DNA from: Lama guanicoe
Lineage: Eukaryota
Direction of reading: 5' to 3'
Assembly: GCA_013239625.1 (NCBI GenBank)
Contig: MU053652.1
Span: 2,358,001-2,422,000, forward strand
Length of the DNA stretch: 64,000 nt
A program made the translations under genes and the position numbers. Below are positions 63,001 to 64,000 of this stretch, piece after piece. Below the pieces are notes generated by a model that was not told the origin of the DNA, searched no databases, and worked only from the letters and a program-made list of their open reading frames with translations. Within the stretch, counting starts at the first letter, position 1. Every line of letters starts with the position of its first letter.

Positions 63001-64000
63001 AAGAGCATTCCCTGGGATGGGGTTGGGGGTTGGTGGGTGTTCCTAGCCTGGGGCTACTTGGGCATGGCTTTGAGGCAGAAGTGAGCAAGACATGGGTGGG
63101 GGAGAGTCTCCTGGGAGGAGACTGATTTAAGCAGACTGAGAAGAGGTGGGATTGAGGAAGAGGTTGGGAAAGGGTGAGGGCCAGGGCCGCAGGGTGTGGC
63201 CCCAGAGGGAGAGGCAGAGGAGTGGCACCTGGCTTGCTCAGGAGGGTCCTCTGGGGGTCGCCCTGGACCTAGAGGAGGCAGGGTACCGAGGTGGGGGAGA
63301 GGCACCTCCCACCCTGCATCTGCATTTTCCTCAGGAATCCAGGTTTAAAGGGAGAGGCGGGGCTCCTGCTGAGTGAGGTTTTGATACCATTGCCCTTCAA
63401 AAGTTGAGAGCAGAGGGGACTCCACCTTGTTCGAATTCCTGGAGAGCTGACCCTCTCCATCCTCAGATACCAGCGCTGCTGAGAAGCCTTCCCTGGTTTC
63501 CTAGATGGAACACAGTGATGTTTCAGGGTCTTTGTGGGTGTCTCCCCCACCACGGGGTGACCCCTTCAGGGCTGGGCCAGCAGCATAGTCATCTCTGTCC
63601 AGGGCCCGGTGCAGCACTGGGCACTGAGCAGTCGCTCAGGAAATGTTATCTGGACCATGGACCTGAGGGGAACTGGTCCCAGCCCCTGGCTTCAGGCTCT
63701 CTGGAAGTGGTGAGCCTGAGGCCGCCTTATACCTTGGCAGTGATGCCAGCTAGTGGGCTCTTTCTGCAGCAGCCAGAGCTGGTGGGAGCCACCGCAGAGC
63801 GTCGGGGCTTCCAGGCTTAGGAATCTGGACCAGACCGGTGGCTCCTGTGAGGACAGCTCAGCTCCAGGCCCTCCGCTCCTAAGGGGAATGGGAGGACCCC
63901 CCTGGACTGCTCGCTGCACTTTGAGCTGCACTTCTTGGGAGGGGTGTTGGGATTTAGATTGCCTCTTTCCTGGGAAGAGCTGGCTTCTTCACTCCTCGGG
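60050..64000 (+). other. PODXL: PODXL intron 1 (5' part; continues beyond window)
   Basis: Starts with GTGAGT. No Ser/Thr-rich mucin-domain exon 2 appears in the remaining sequence. Contains MIR/L2 fragments. Confidence 0.8.

Noticed and set aside
1..64000. Prokaryote-style systems (CRISPR array, operon, defence island) or other novel multi-gene system
   Set aside because: The sequence is mammalian intergenic and intronic DNA. I saw no regularly spaced repeat-spacer array and no credible coding sequence other than PODXL exon 1.

Overview
This window is mammalian genomic DNA, most likely from a camelid (alpaca, llama or camel), inferred from five copies of a tRNA-derived Vic-1-like SINE. About 59 kb is repeat-rich intergenic sequence: L1 3' ends, L2, MIR, hAT MITEs, MaLR/ERVL LTRs and a cluster of ERV1-type solo LTRs at about 17-30 kb. 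It leads into a CpG-island promoter and the first coding exon of podocalyxin (PODXL, + strand, ATG at 59989, signal peptide, GT donor at 60050), followed by about 4 kb of intron 1. No other protein-coding gene, RNA gene or CRISPR-like array is supported. The rest of the ORF track is chance GC-rich or repeat-derived ORFs. I found no convincing new biological system. The most interesting observations are candidate PODXL cis-regulatory modules, CpG-retaining patches in old repeats (one at an NRF1/ETS/CCAAT-bearing LTR), an L1 with a probable short 3' transduction whose target site was re-used by a SINE, and a small hairpin. Repeat family names come from recalled consensus sequences, not a database search, and boundaries without TSD or TIR support are approximate.
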